Shown piece by piece: positions 1-15,000 of a stretch of DNA of 64,000 nucleotides. How positions within the stretch are numbered: position 1 is the first letter of the stretch; the number at the start of each line of letters is the position of its first letter. A program made the position numbers and the translations under genes. Origin of the DNA: Lytechinus pictus (lineage: Eukaryota); the NCBI RefSeq assembly GCF_037042905.1, contig NC_087251.1:36706001-36770000 (forward strand). The letters run 5' to 3'. The notes under the pieces are model-generated. The model was given only the letters and a program-made list of their open reading frames with translations, ran no database searches and was not told the origin of the DNA.

Positions 1-3000
1 TATAGCGAGAATCAAGAGGATCCAGGGATTTTGAATTTTCGACCCCCTCGCCCCAACCGCGACATGGAAAATTGGGCAAAATTGACCAAAATTGAGCAAA
101 ATAATATTTGTTCAATATTTCCCCCGAAACCCCCCCAAATCAGCCGTCTTCGCTCCCTGGGATGTTTTAGCATCCTTACCTATTATTACAGCGAGAATCC
201 AGAGGATCCAGAGAGTTTGAATTTTCGACCCCTTCGCCCCACCCACGACATGGAAAATTGGGCAAAATTGAGCAAAATAATATTTGTTCAATATTTCCCC
301 CGAAACCCCCTCAAATCAGCTGTCTTCGCTCCCTGGGATGTTTTAGCATCCTAACCGATTATTACAGCGAGAATCAAGAGGATCCAGGGAGTTTGAATTT
401 TCGACCCCCTCGCGACATGGAAAATTAGGCAAAATTTGCCAAAATTGAGGAAATTAATATTTGTTCAATATTTCCCCCGAATCGCCCCCAAATCAGCCGT
501 CTTCGCTCCTTGGGATGTTTTAGCATCCTAACCGATTATTACAGCGAGAATCAAGAGAATCAAGAGGATCCAGGGAGTTTGAATTTTCGACCCCATTGCC
601 CCACCCGCGACATGGAAAATTGGGCAAAATTGAGCAAAATAATATTTGTTCAATATTTCCCCCGAAACCCCCTCAAATCAGCTGTCTTCGCTCCCTGGGA
701 TGTTTTAGCATCCTAACCGATTATTACAGCGAGAATCAAGAGGATCCAGGGAGTTTGAATTTTCGACCCCATTGCCCCACCCGCGACATGGAAAATTGGG
801 CAAAATTGGCCAAAATTGAGCAAAGTAATATTTGTTCAATATTTCCCCCGAAACCCCCCCAAATCAGCCGTCTTCGCTCCCTGGGATGTTTTAGCATCCT
901 AACCGATTATTACAGCGAGAATCAAGAGGATCCAGGGAGTTTGAATTTTCGACCCCCTCGCCCCACCCGCGACATGGAAAATTGGGCAAAATTGGCCAAA
1001 ATTGAGCAAAATAATAATTGTTCAATATTTCCTCCGAAACCCCCCCAAATCAGCCGTCTTCGCTCCCTGGGATGTTTTAGCATCCTAACCGATTATTACA
1101 GCGAGAATCATGAGGATCCAGGGAGTTTGAATTTTTGACCCCCTCGCCCCACCCGCGACATGGAAAATTGGGCAAAATTTGCCAAAATTGAGCAAAATAA
1201 TATTTGTTCAATATTTCCCCTGAAACCCCCCAAAATCAGCAGTCTTTGCTACCTGGGATGTTTTAGCATCCTAACCGATTATTACAGCGAGAATCAAGAG
1301 GATCCAGGGAGTTTGAATTTTCGACCCCATTGCCCCACCCGCGACATGGAAAATTGGGCAAAATTGGCCAAAATTGAGCAAAATAATATTTGTTCAATAT
1401 TTCCCCCAAAACCCCCCCAAATCAGCCGTCTTCGCTCCCTGGGATGTTTTAGCATCCTAACCGATTATAACAGCGAGAATCAAGAGGATCCAGGGAGTTT
1501 GAATTTTCGACCCCCTCGCGACATGGAAAATTGGGCAAAATTGGCCAAAATTGAGGAAATTAATATTTGTTCAATATTTCCCCCGAATCGCCCCCAAATC
1601 AGCCGTCTTTGCTCCCTGGGATGTTTTAGCATCCTAACCGATTATAACAGCGAGAATCAAGAGGATCCAGGGAGTTTGAACTTTCGCCCCCCTCGCCCCA
1701 CCCGCGACATGGAAAATTGGCCAAAATTGAGCAAAATAATATTTGTTCAATATTTCCCCCGAAACCCCCCCAAATCAGCCGTCTTCGCTCCCTGGGATGT
1801 TTTAGCATCCTAACCGATTATTACAGCGAGAATCAAGAGGATGCTGGGAGTTTAAATTTTTGACCCCATTGCCCCACCCGCGACATGGAAAATTGGGCAA
1901 AATTGGCCAAAATTGAGCAAAATAATATTTGTTCAATATTTCCCCCGAAACCCCCCCAAATCAGCCGTCTTCGCTCCCTGGGATGTTTTAGCATCCTAAC
2001 CGATTATTACAGCGAGAATTAAGAGAATCAAGAGGATCCAGGGAGTTTGAATTTTCGACCCCCTCGCCCCACCCGCGACATGGAAAATTGGGCAAAATTG
2101 GCCAAAATTGAGCAAAATAATAATTGTTCAATATTTCCTCCGAAACCCCCCCAAATCAGCCGTCTTCGCTCCCTGGGATGTTTTAGCATCCTAACCGATT
2201 ATTACAGCGAGAATCATGAGGATCCAGGGAGTTTGAATATTTGACCCCCTCGCCCCACCCGCGACATGGAAAATTGGGCAAAATTTGCCAAAATTGAGCA
2301 AAATAATATTTGTTCAATATTTCCCCTGAAACCCCCCAAAATCAGCCGTCTTTGCTACCTGGGATGTTTTAGCATCCTAACCGATTATTACAGCGAGAAT
2401 CAAGAGGATCCAGGGAGTTTGAATTTTCGACCCCATTGCCCCACCCGCGACATGGAAAATTGGGCAAAATTTGCCAAAATTGAGCAAAATAATATTTGTT
2501 CAATATTTCCCCCGAAACCCCCCCAAATCAGCCGTCTTCGCTCCCTGGGATGTTTTAGCATCCTAACCGATTATAACAGCGAGAATCAAGAGGATCCAGG
2601 GAGTTTGAACTTTCGCTCCCCTCGCCCCACCCGCGACATGGAAAATTGGCCAAAATTGAGCAAAATAATATTTGTTCAATATTTCCCCCGAAACCCCCCC
2701 AAATCAGCCGTCTTCGCTCCCTGGGATGTTTTAGCATCCTAACCGATTATTACAGCGAGAATCATGAGGATCCAGGGAGTTTGAATTTTTGACCCCCTCG
2801 CCCCACCCGCGACATGGAAAATTGGGCAAAATTTGCCAAAATTGAGCAAAATAATATTTGTTCAATATTTCCCCCGAAACCCCCCAAAATCAGCCGTCTT
2901 TGCTACCTGGGATGTTTTAGCATCCTAACCGATTATTACAGCGAGAATCAAGAGGATCCAGGGAGTTTGAATTTTCGACCCCATTGCCCCACCCGCGACA

Positions 3001-6000
3001 TGGAAAATTGGGCAAAATTTGCCAAAATTGAGCAAAATAATATTTGTTCAATATTTCCCCCGAAACCCCCCCAAATCAGCCGTCTTCGCTCCCTGGGATG
3101 TTTTAGCATCCTAACCGATTATAACAGCGAGAATCAAGAGGATCCAGGGAGTTTGAACTTTCGCCCCCCTCGCCCCACCCGCGACATGGAAAATTGGCCA
3201 AAATTGAGCAAAATAATATTTGTTCAATATTTCCTCCGAAACCCCCCCAAATCAGCCGTCTTCGCTCCCTGGGATGTTTTAGCATCCTAACCGATTATTA
3301 CAGCGAGAATCATGAGGATCCAGGGAGTTTGAATTTTTGACCCCCTCGCCCCACCCGCGACATGGAAAATTGGGCAAAATTTGCCAAAATTGAGCAAAAT
3401 AATATTTGTTCAATATTTCCCCCGAAACCCCCCAAAATCAGCCGTCTTTGCTACCTGGGATGTTTTAGCATCCTAACCGATTATTACAGCGAGAATCAAG
3501 AGGATCCAGGGAGTTTGAATTTTCGACCCCATTGCCCCACCCGCGACATGGAAAATTGGGCAAAATTTGCCAAAATTGAGCAAAATAATATTTGTTCAAT
3601 ATTTCCCCCGAAACCCCCCCAAATCAGCCGTCTTCGCTCCCTGGGATGTTTTAGCATCCTAACCGATTATAACAGCGAGAATCAAGAGGATCCAGGGAGT
3701 TTGAATTTTCGACCCCCTCGCCCCACCCGCGACATGGAAAATTGGGCAAAATTGGGCAAAATTGAGCAAAATAATATTTGTTCAATATTTCCCCCGAAAC
3801 CCCCCCAAATCAGCCGTCTTCGCTCCTTGGGATGTTTTAGCATCCTAACCGATTATTACAGCGAGAATCAAGAGGATCCAGGGAGTTGTAATTTTCGACC
3901 CCATTGCCCCACCCGCGACATGGAAAATTGGCCAAAATTTAGCAAAATAATATTTGTTCAATATTTCCCCCGAAACCCCCCCAAATCAGCCGTCTTCGCT
4001 CCCTGGGATGTTTTAGCATCCTAACCGATTATAACAGCGAGAATCAAGAGGATCCAGGGAGTTTGAATTTTCGACCCCCTCGCCCCACCCGCGACATGGA
4101 AAATTGGGCAAAATTGGGCAAAATTGAGCAAAATAATATTTGTTCAATATTTCCCCCGAAACCCCCCCAAATCCGCCGTCTTCGCTCCTTGGGATGTTTT
4201 AGCATCCTAACCGATTATTACAGCGAGAATCAAGAGGATCCAGGGAGTTTGAATTTTCGACCCACTCGCCCCACCCGCGACATGGAAAATTGGGCAAAAT
4301 TGGCCAAAATTGAGCAAAATAATAATTGTTCAATATTTCCTCCGAAACCCCCCCAAATCAGCCGTCTTCGCTCCCTGCGATGTTTTAGCATCCTAACCGA
4401 TTATTACAGCGAGAATCATGAGGATCCAGGGAGTTTGAATTTTTGATCCCCTCGCCCCACCCGCGACATGGAAAATTGGGCAAATTTGGCCAAAATTGAG
4501 CAAAATAATATTTGTTCAATATTTCCCCCGAAACCCCCCCAAATCAGCCGTCTTCGCTCCCTGGGATGTTTTAGCATCCTAACCGATTATAACAGCGAGA
4601 ATCAAGAGGATCCAGGGAGTTTGAACTTTCGCCCCCCTCGCCCCACCCGCGACATGGAAAATTGGCCAAAATTGAGCAAAATAATATTATTTCAATATTT
4701 CCCCCGAAACCCCCCCAAATCAGCCGTCTTCGCTCCCTGGGATGTTTTAGCATCCTAACCGATTATTACAGCGAGAATCATGAGGATCCAGGGAGTTTGA
4801 ATTTTTGACCCCCTCGCCCCACCCGCGACATGGAAAATTGGGCAAAATTTGCCAAAATTGAGCAAAATAATATTTGTTCAATATTTCCCCCGAAACCCCC
4901 CAAAATCAGCCGTCTTTGCTACCTGGGATGTTTTAGCATCCTAACCGATTATTACAGCGAGAATCAAGAGGATCCAGGGAGTTTGAATTTTCGACCCCAT
5001 TGCCCCACCCGCGACATGGAAAATTGGGCAAAATTTGCCAAAATTGAGCAAAATAATATTTGTTCAATATTTCCCCCGAAACCCCCCCAAATCAGCCGTC
5101 TTCGCTCCCTGGGATGTTTTAGCATCCTAACCGATTATAACAGCGAGAATCAAGAGGATCCAGGGAGTTTGAATTTTCGACCCCCTCGCCCCACCCGCGA
5201 CATGGAAAATTGGGCAAAATTGGGCAAAATTGAGCAAAATAATATTTGTTCAATATTTCCCCCGAAACCCCCCCAAATCAGCCGTCTTCGCTCCCTGGGA
5301 TGTTTTAGCATCCTAACCGATTATTACAGCGAGAATCAAGAGGATCCAGGGAGTTTGAATTTTCGACTCCATTGCCCCACCCACGAAAGGAAAATTGGGC
5401 AAATTTGGCCAAAATTGAGCAAAATAATAATTGTTCAATATTTCCCCCGAAACCCCCCCAAATCAGCCGTCTTCGCTCCCTGGGATGTTTTAGCATCTTA
5501 ACCGATTATTACAGCGAGAATCAAGAGAATCAAGAGGATCCAGGGAGTTTGAATTTTCGACCCCCTCGCGACATGGAAAATTGGGCAAAATTGGCCAAAA
5601 TTGAGGAAATTAATATTTGTTCAATATTTCCCCCGAATCGCCCCCAAATCAGCCGTCTTTGCTCCCTGGGATGTTTTAGCATCCTAACCGATTATAACAG
5701 CGAGAATCAAGAGGATCCAGGGAGTTTGAACTTTCGCCCCCCTCGCCCCACTCGCGACATGGAAAATTGGCCAAAATTGAGCAAAATAATATTTGTTCAA
5801 TATTTCCCCCGAAACCCCCCCAAATCAGCTGTCTTCGCTCCCTGGGATGTTTTAGCATCCTAACCGATTATTACAGCGAGAATCAAGAGGATGCTGGGAG
5901 TTTAAATTTTTGACCCCATTGCCCCACCCGCGACATGGAAAATTGGGCAAAATTGGCCAAAATTGAGCAAAATAATATTTGTTCAATATTTCCCCCGAAA

Positions 6001-9000
6001 CCCCCCCAAATCAGCCGTCTTCGCTCCCTGGGATGTTTTAGCATCCTAACCGATTATTACAGCGAGAATCAAGAGAATCAAGAGGATCCAGGGAGTTTGA
6101 ATTTTCGACCCCCTCGCCCCACCCGCGACATGGAAAATTGGGCAAAATTGGCCAAAATTGAGCAAAATAATAATTGTTCAATATTTCCTCCGAAACCCCC
6201 CCAAATCAGCCGTCTTCGCTCCCTGGGATGTTTTAGCATCCTAACCGATTATTACAGCGAGAATCATGAGGATCCAGGGAGTTTGAATATTTGACCCCCT
6301 CGCCCCACCCGCGACATGGAAAATTGGGCAAAATTTGCCAAAATTGAGCAAAATAATATTTGTTCAATATTTCCCCTGAAACCCCCCAAAATCAGCCGTC
6401 TTTGCTACCTGGGATGTTTTAGCATCCTAACCGATTATTACAGCGAGAATCAAGAGGATCCAGGGAGTTTGAATTTTCGACCCCATTGCCCCAACCGCGA
6501 CATGGAAAATTGGGCAAAATTGGCCAAAATTGAGCAAAATAATATTTGTTCAATATTTCCCCCGAAACCCCCCCAAATCAGCCGTCTTCGCTCCCTGGGA
6601 TGTTTTAGCATCCTAACCGATTATAACAGCGAGAATCAAGAGGATCCAGGGAGTTTGAATTTTCGACCCCCTCGCCCCACCCGCGACATGGAAAATTGGG
6701 CAAAATTGGGCAAAATTGAGCAAAATAATATTTGTTCAATATTTCCCCCGAAACCCCCCCAAATCCGCCGTCTTCGCTCCTTGGGATGTTTTAGCATCCT
6801 AACCGATTATTACAGCGAGAATCAAGAGGATCCAGGGAGTTTGAATTTCCGACCCACTCGCCCCACCCGCGACATGGAAAATTGGGCAAAATTGGCCAAA
6901 ATTGAGCAAAATAATAATTGTTCAATATTTCCTCCGAAACCCCCCCAAATCAGCCGTCTTCGCTCCCTGGGATGTTTTAGCATCCTAACCGATTATTACA
7001 GCGAGAATCATGAGGATCCAGGGAGTTTGAATTTTTGACCCCCTCGCCCAACCCGCGACATGGAAAATTGGGCAAAATTTGCCAAAATTGAGCAAAATAA
7101 TATTTGTTCAATATTTCCCCCGAAACCCCCCAAAATCAGCCGTCTTTGCTACCTGGGATGTTTTAGCATCCTAACCGATTATTACAGCGAGAATCAAGAG
7201 GATCCAGGGAGTTTGAATTTTCGACCCCATTGCCCCACCCGCGACATGGAAAATTGGGCAAAATTTGCCAAAATTGAGCAAAATAATATTTGTTCAATAT
7301 TTCCCCCGAAACCCCCCCAAATCAGCCGTCTTCGCTCCCTGGGATGTTTTAGCATCCTAACCGATTATAACAGCGAGAATCAAGAGGATCCAGGGAGTTT
7401 GAATTTTCGACCCCCTCGCCCCACCCGCGACATGGAAAATTGGGCAAAATTGGGCAAAATTGAGCAAAATAATATTTGTTCAATATTTCCCCCGAAACCC
7501 CCCCAAATCAGCCGTCTTCGCTCCTTGGGATGTTTTAGCATCCTAACCGATTATTACAGCGAGAATCAAGAGGATCCAGGGAGTTGTAATTTTCGACCCC
7601 ATTGCCCCACCCGCGACATGGAAAATTGGCCAAAATTTAGCAAAATAATAATTGTTCAATATTTCCCCCGAAACCCCCCCAAATCAGCCGTCTTCGCTCC
7701 CTGGGATGTTTTAGCATCCTAACCGATTATAACAGCGAGAATCAAGAGAATCAAGAGGATCCAGGGAGTTTGAATTTTCGACCCCCTCGCCCCACCCGTG
7801 ACATGGAAAATTGGGCAAAATTGGCCAAAATTGAGCAAAATAATAATTGTTCAATATTTCCTCCGAAACCCCCCCAAATCAGCCGTCTTCGCTCCCTGGG
7901 ATGTTTTAGCATCCTAACCGATTATTACAGCGAGAATCATGAGGATCCAGGGAGTTTGAATTTTTGACCCCCTCGCCCAACCCGCGACATGGAAAATTGG
8001 GCAAAATTTGCCAAAATTGAGCAAAATAATATTTGTTCAATATTTCCCCCGAAACCCCCCAAAATCAGCCGTCTTTGCTACCTGGGATGTTTTAGCATCC
8101 TAACCGATTATTACAGCGAGAATCAAGAGGATCCAGGGAGTTTGAATTTTCGACCCCATTGCCCCACCCGCGACATGGAAAATTGGGCAAAATTTGCCAA
8201 AATTGAGCAAAATAATATTTGTTCAATATTTCCCCCGAAACCCCCCCAAATCAGCCGTCTTCGCTCCCTGGGATGTTTTAGCATCCTAACCGATTATAAC
8301 AGCGAGAATCAAGAGGATCCAGGGAGTTTGAACTTTCGCCCCCCTCGCCCCACCCGCGACATGGAAAATTGGCCAAAATTGAGCAAAATAATATTTGTTC
8401 AATATTTCCCCCGAAACCCCCCCAAATCAGCCGTCTTCGCTCCCTGGGATGTTTTAGCATCCTAACCGATTATTACAGCGAGAATCATGAGGATCCAGGG
8501 AGTTTGAATTTTTGACCCCCTCGCCCCACCCGCGACATGGAAAATTGGGCAAATTTTGCCAAAATTGAGCAAAATAATATTTGTTCAATATTTCCCCCGA
8601 AACCCCCCAAAATCAGCCGTCTTTGCTACCTGGGATGTTTTAGCATCCTAACCGATTATTACAGCGAGAATCAAGAGGATCCAGGGAGTTTGAATTTTCG
8701 ACCCCATTGCCCCACCCGCGACATGGAAAATTGGGCAAAATTTGCCAAAATTGAGCAAAATAATATTTGTTCAATATTTCCCCCGAAACCCCCCCAAATC
8801 AGCCGTCTTCGCTCCCTGGGATGTTTTAGCATCCTAACCGATTATAACAGCGAGAATCAAGAGGATCCAGGGAGTTTGAACTTTCGCCCCCCTCGCCCCA
8901 CCCGCGACATGGAAAATTGGCCAAAATTGAGCAAAATAATATTTGTTCAATATTTCCTCCGAAACCCCCCCAAATCAGCCGTCTTCGCTCCCTGGGATGT

Positions 9001-12000
9001 TTTAGCATCCTAACCGATTATTACAGCGAGAATCATGAGGATCCAGGGAGTTTGAATTTTTGACCCCCTCGCCCCACCCGCGACATGGAAAATTGGGCAA
9101 AATTTGCCAAAATTGAGCAAAATAATATTTGTTCAATATTTCCCCCGAAACCCCCCAAAATCAGCCGTCTTTGCTACCTGGGATGTTTTAGCATCCTAAC
9201 CGATTATTACAGCGAGAATCAAGAGGATCCAGGGAGTTTGAATTTTCGACCCCATTGCCCCACCCGCGACATGGAAAATTGGGCAAAATTTGCCAAAATT
9301 GAGCAATATAATATTTGTTCAATATTTCCCCCGAAACCCCCCCAAATCAGCCGTCTTCGCTCCCTGGGATTTTTTAGCATCCTAACCGATTATAACAGCG
9401 AGAATCAAGAGGATCCAGGGAGTTTGAACTTTCGCCCCCCTCGCCCCACCCGCGACATGGAAAATTGGCCAAAATTGAGCAAAATAATATTTGTTCAATA
9501 TTTCCTCCGAAACCCCCCCAAATCAGCCGTCTTCGCTCCCTGGGATGTTTTAGCATCCTAACCGATTATTACAGCGAGAATCATGAGGATCCAGGGAGTT
9601 TGAATTTTTGACCCCCTCGCCCCACCCGCGACATGGAAAATTGGGCAAAATTTGCCAAAATTGAGCAAAATAATATTTGTTCAATATTTCCCCCGAAACC
9701 CCCCCAAATCAGCCGTCTTTGCTACCTGGGATGTTTTAGCATCCTAACCGATTATAACAGCGAGAATCAAGAGGATCCAGGGAGTTTGAATTTTCGACCC
9801 CCTCGCCCCACCCGCGACATGGAAAATTGGGCAAAATTGGGCAAAATTGAGCAAAATAATATTTGTTCAATATTTCCCCCGAAACCCCCCCAAATCAGCC
9901 GTCTTCGCTCCTTGGGATGTTTTAGCATCCTAACCGATTATTACAGCGAGAATCAAGAGGATCCAGGGAGTTGTAATTTTCGACCCCATTGCCCCACCCG
10001 CGACATGGAAAATTGGCCAAAATTTAGCAAAATAATAATTGTTCAATATTTCCCCCGAAACCCCCCCAAATCAGCCGTCTTCGCTCCCTGGGATGTTTTA
10101 GCATCCTAACCGATTATTACAGCGAGAATCAAGAGAATCAAGAGGATCCAGGGAGTTTGAATTTTCGACCCCCTCGCCCCACCCGTGACATGGAAAATTG
10201 GGCAAAATTGGCCAAAATTGAGCAAAATAATATTTGTTCAATATTTCCCACGAAACCCCCCAAAATCAGCCGTCTTCGCTCCCTGGGATGTTTTAGCATC
10301 CTAACCGATTATTACAGCGAGAATCAAGAGGATCCAGGGAGTTTGAATTTTCGACTCCATTGCCCCACCCACGAAAGGAAAATTGGGCAAATTTGGCCAA
10401 AATTGAGCAAAATAATAATTGTTCAATATTTCCCCCGAAACCCCCCCAAATCAGCCGTCTTCGCTCCCTGGGATGTTTTAGCATCTTAACCGATTATTAC
10501 AGCGAGAATCAAGAGAATCAAGAGGATCCAGGGAGTTTGAATTTTCGACCCCCTCGCGACATGGAAAATTGGGCAAAATTGGCCAAAATTGAGGAAATTA
10601 ATATTTGTTCAATATTTCCCCCGAATCGCCCCCAAATCAGCCGTCTTTGCTCCCTGGGATGTTTTAGCATCCTAACCGATTATAACAGCGAGAATCAAGA
10701 GGATCCAGGGAGTTTGAACTTTCGCCCCCCTCGCCCCACCCGCGACATGGAAAATTGGCCAAAATTGAGCAAAATAATATTTGTTCAATATTTCCCCCGA
10801 AACCCCCCCAAATCAGCCGTCTTCGCTCCCTGGGATGTTTTAGCATCCTAACCGATTATTACAGCGAGAATCAAGAGGATGCTGGGAGTTTAAATTTTTG
10901 ACCCCATTGCCCCACCCGCGACATGGAAAATTGGGCAAAATTGGCCAAAATTGAGCAAAATAATATTTGTTCAATATTTCCCCCGAAACCCCCCCAAATC
11001 AGCCGTCTTCGCTCCCTGGGATGTTTTAGCATCCTAACCGATTATTACAGCGAGAATCAAGAGAATCAAGAGGATCCAGGGAGTTTGAATTTTCGACCCC
11101 CTCGCCCCACCCGCGACATGGAAAATTGGGCAAAATTGGCCAAAATTGAGCAAAATAATAATTGTTCAATATTTCCTCCGAAACCCCCCCAAATCAGCCG
11201 TCTTCGCTCCCTGGGATGTTTTAGCATCCTAACCGATTATTACAGCGAGAATCATGAGGATCCAGGGAGTTTGAATATTTGACCCCCTCGCCCCACCCGC
11301 GACATGGAAAATTGGGCAAAATTTGCCAAAATTGAGCAAAATAATATTTGTTCAATATTTCCCCTGAAACCCCCCAAAATCAGCCGTCTTTGCTACCTGG
11401 GATGTTTTAGCATCCTAACCGATTATTACAGCGAGAATCAAGAGGATCCAGGGAGTTTGAATTTTCGACCCCATTGCCCCACCCGCGACATGGAAAATTG
11501 GGCAAAATTTGCCAAAATTGAGCAAAATAATATTTGTTCAATATTTCCCCCGAAACCCCCCCAAATCAGCCGTCTTCGCTCCCTGGGATGTTTTAGCATC
11601 CTAACCGATTATAACAGCGAGAATCAAGAGGATCCAGGGAGTTTGAACTTTCGCCCCCCTCGCCCCACCCGCGACATGGAAAATTGGCCAAAATTGAGCA
11701 AAATAATATTTGTTCAATATTTCCCCCGAAACCCCCCAAAATCAGCCGTCTTTGCTACCTGGGATGTTTTAGCATCCTAACCGATTATTACAGCGAGAAT
11801 CAAGAGGATCCAGGGAGTTTGAATTTTCGACCCCATTGCCCCACCCGCGACATGGAAAATTGGGCAAAATTTGCCAAAATTGAGCAAAATAATATTTGTT
11901 CAATATTTCCCCCGAAACCCCCCCAAATCAGCCGTCTTCGCTCCCTGGGATGTTTTAGCATCCTAACCGATTATAACAGCGAGAATCAAGAGGATCCAGG

Positions 12001-15000
12001 GAGTTTGAACTTTCGCCCCCCTCGCCCCACCCGCGACATGGAAAATTGGCCAAAATTGAGCAAAATAATATTTGTTCAATATTTCCCCCGAAACCCCCCC
12101 AAATCAGCCGTCTTCGCTCCCTGGGATGTTTTAGCATCCTAACCGATTATTACAGCGAGAATCATGAGGATCCAGGGAGTTTGAATTTTTGACCCCCTCG
12201 CCCCACCCGCGACATGGAAAATTGGGCAAAATTTGCCAAAATTGAGCAAAATAATATTTGTTCAATATTTCCCCCGAAACCCCCCAAAATCAGCCGTCTT
12301 TGCTACCTGGGATGTTTTAGCATCCTAACCGATTATTACAGCGAGAATCAAGAGGATCCAGGGAGTTTGAATTTTCGACCCCATTGCCCCACCCGCGACA
12401 TGGAAAATTGGGCAAAATTTGCCAAAATTGAGCAAAATAATATTTGTTCAATATTTCCCCCGAAACCCCCCCAAATCAGCCGTCTTCGCTCCCTGGGATG
12501 TTTTAGCATCCTAACCGATTATAACAGCGAGAATCAAGAGGATCCAGGGAGTTTGAACTTTCGCCCCCCTCGCCCCACCCGCGACATGGAAAATTGGCCA
12601 AAATTGAGCAAAATAATATTTGTTCAATATTTCCTCCGAAACCCCCCCAAATCAGCCGTCTTCGCTCCCTGGGATGTTTTAGCATCCTAACCGATTATTA
12701 CAGCGAGAATCATGAGGATCCAGGGAGTTTGAATTTTTGACCCCCTCGCCCCACCCGCGACATGGAAAATTGGGCAAAATTTGCCAAAATTGAGCAAAAT
12801 AATATTTGTTCAATATTTCCCCCGAAACCCCCCAAAATCAGCCGTCTTTGCTACCTGGGATGTTTTAGCATCCTAACCGATTATTACAGCGAGAATCAAG
12901 AGGATCCAGGGAGTTTGAATTTTCGACCCCATTGCCCCACCCGCGACATGGAAAATTGGGCAAAATTTGCCAAAATTGAGCAATATAATATTTGTTCAAT
13001 ATTTCCCCCGAAACCCCCCCAAATCAGCCGTCTTCGCTCCCTGGGATGTTTTAGCATCCTAACCGATTATAACAGCGAGAATCAAGAGGATCCAGGGAGT
13101 TTGAATTTTCGACCCCCTCGCCCCACCCGCGACATGGAAAATTGGGCAAAATTGGGCAAAATTGAGCAAAATAATATTTGTTCAATATTTCCCCCGAAAC
13201 CCCCCAAAATCAGCCGTCTTTGCTACCTGGGATGTTTTAGCATCCTAACCGATTATTACAGCGAGAATCAAGAGGATCCAGGGAGTTTGAATTTTCGACC
13301 CCATTGCCCCACCCGCGACATGGAAAATTGGGCAAAATTTGCCAAAATTGAGCAAAATAATATTTGTTCAATATTTCCCCCGAAACCCCCCCAAATCAGC
13401 CGTCTTCGCTCCCTGGGATGTTTTAGCATCCTAACCGATTATAACAGCGAGAATCAAGAGGATCCAGGGAGTTTGAACTTTCGCCCCCCTCGCCCCACCC
13501 GCGACATGGAAAATTGGCCAAAATTGAGCAAAATAATATTTGTTCAATATTTCCCCCGAAACCCCCCCAAATCAGCCGTCTTCGCTCCCTGGGATGTTTT
13601 AGCATCCTAACCGATTATTACAGCGAGAATCATGAGGATCCAGGGAGTTTGAATTTTTGACCCCCTCGCCCCACCCGCGACATGGAAAATTTGGCAAAAT
13701 TTGCCAAAATTGAGCAAAATAATATTTGTTCAATATTTCCCCCGAAACCCCCCAAAATCAGCCGTCTTTGCTACCTGGGATGTTTTAGCATCCTAACCGA
13801 TTATTACAGCGAGAATCAAGAGGATCCAGGGAGTTTGAATTTTCGACCCCATTGCCCCACCCGCGACATGGAAAATTGGGCAAAATTTGCCAAAATTGAG
13901 CAAAATAATATTTGTTCAATATTTCCCCCGAAACCCCCCCAAATCAGCCGTCTTCGCTCCCTGGGATGTTTTAGCATCCTAACCGATTATAACAGCGAGA
14001 ATCAAGAGGATCCAGGGAGTTTGAACTTTCGCCCCCCTCGCCCCACCCGCGACATGGAAAATTGGCCAAAATTGAGCAAAATAATATTTGTTCAATATTT
14101 CCTCCGAAACCCCCCCAAATCAGCCGTCTTCGCTCCCTGGGATGTTTTAGCATCCTAACCGATTATTACAGCGAGAATCATGAGGATCCAGGGAGTTTGA
14201 ATTTTTGACCCCCTCGCCCCACCCGCGACATGGAAAATTGGGCAAAATTTGCCAAAATTGAGCAAAATAATATTTGTTCAATATTTCCCCCGAAACCCCC
14301 CCAAATCAGCCGTCTTCGCTCCCTGGGATGTTTTAGCATCCTAACCGATTATAACAGCGAGAATCAAGAGGATCCAGGGAGTTTGAATTTTCGACCCCCT
14401 CGCCCCACCCGCGACATGGAAAATTGGGCAAAATTGGGCAAAATTGAGCAAAATAATATTTGTTCAATATTTCCCCCGAAACCCCCCCAAATCAGCCGTC
14501 TTCGCTCCTTGGGATGTTTTAGCATCCTAACCGATTATTACAGCGAGAATCAAGAGGATCCAGGGAGTTGTAATTTTCGACCCCATTGCCCCACCCGCGA
14601 CATGGAAAATTGGCCAAAATTTAGCAAAATAATAATTGTTCAATATTTCCCCCGAAACCCCCCCAAATCAGCCGTCTTCGCTCCCTGGGATGTTTTAGCA
14701 TCCTAACCGATTATTACAGCGAGAATCAAGAGAATCAAGAGGATCCAGGGAGTTTGAATTTTCGACCCCCTCGCCCCACCCGTGACATGGAAAATTGGGC
14801 AAAATTGGCCAAAATTGAGCAAAATAATATTTGTTCAATATTTCCCACGAAACCCCCCAAAATCAGCCATCTTCGCTCCCTGGGATGTTTTAGCATCCTA
14901 ACCGATTATTACAGCGAGAATCAAGAGGATCCAGGGAGTTTGAATTTTCGACTCCATTGCCCCACCCACGAAAGGAAAATTGTGCAAATTTTGCCAAAAT

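Noticed and set aside
940..1050. G-quadruplex on the minus strand of the satellite
   Set aside because: G-tracts fall in two clusters (GGGTGGGGCGAGGGGG and G7-TTTC-G5) ~60 nt apart; neither alone has four separate G3 tracts with short loops.
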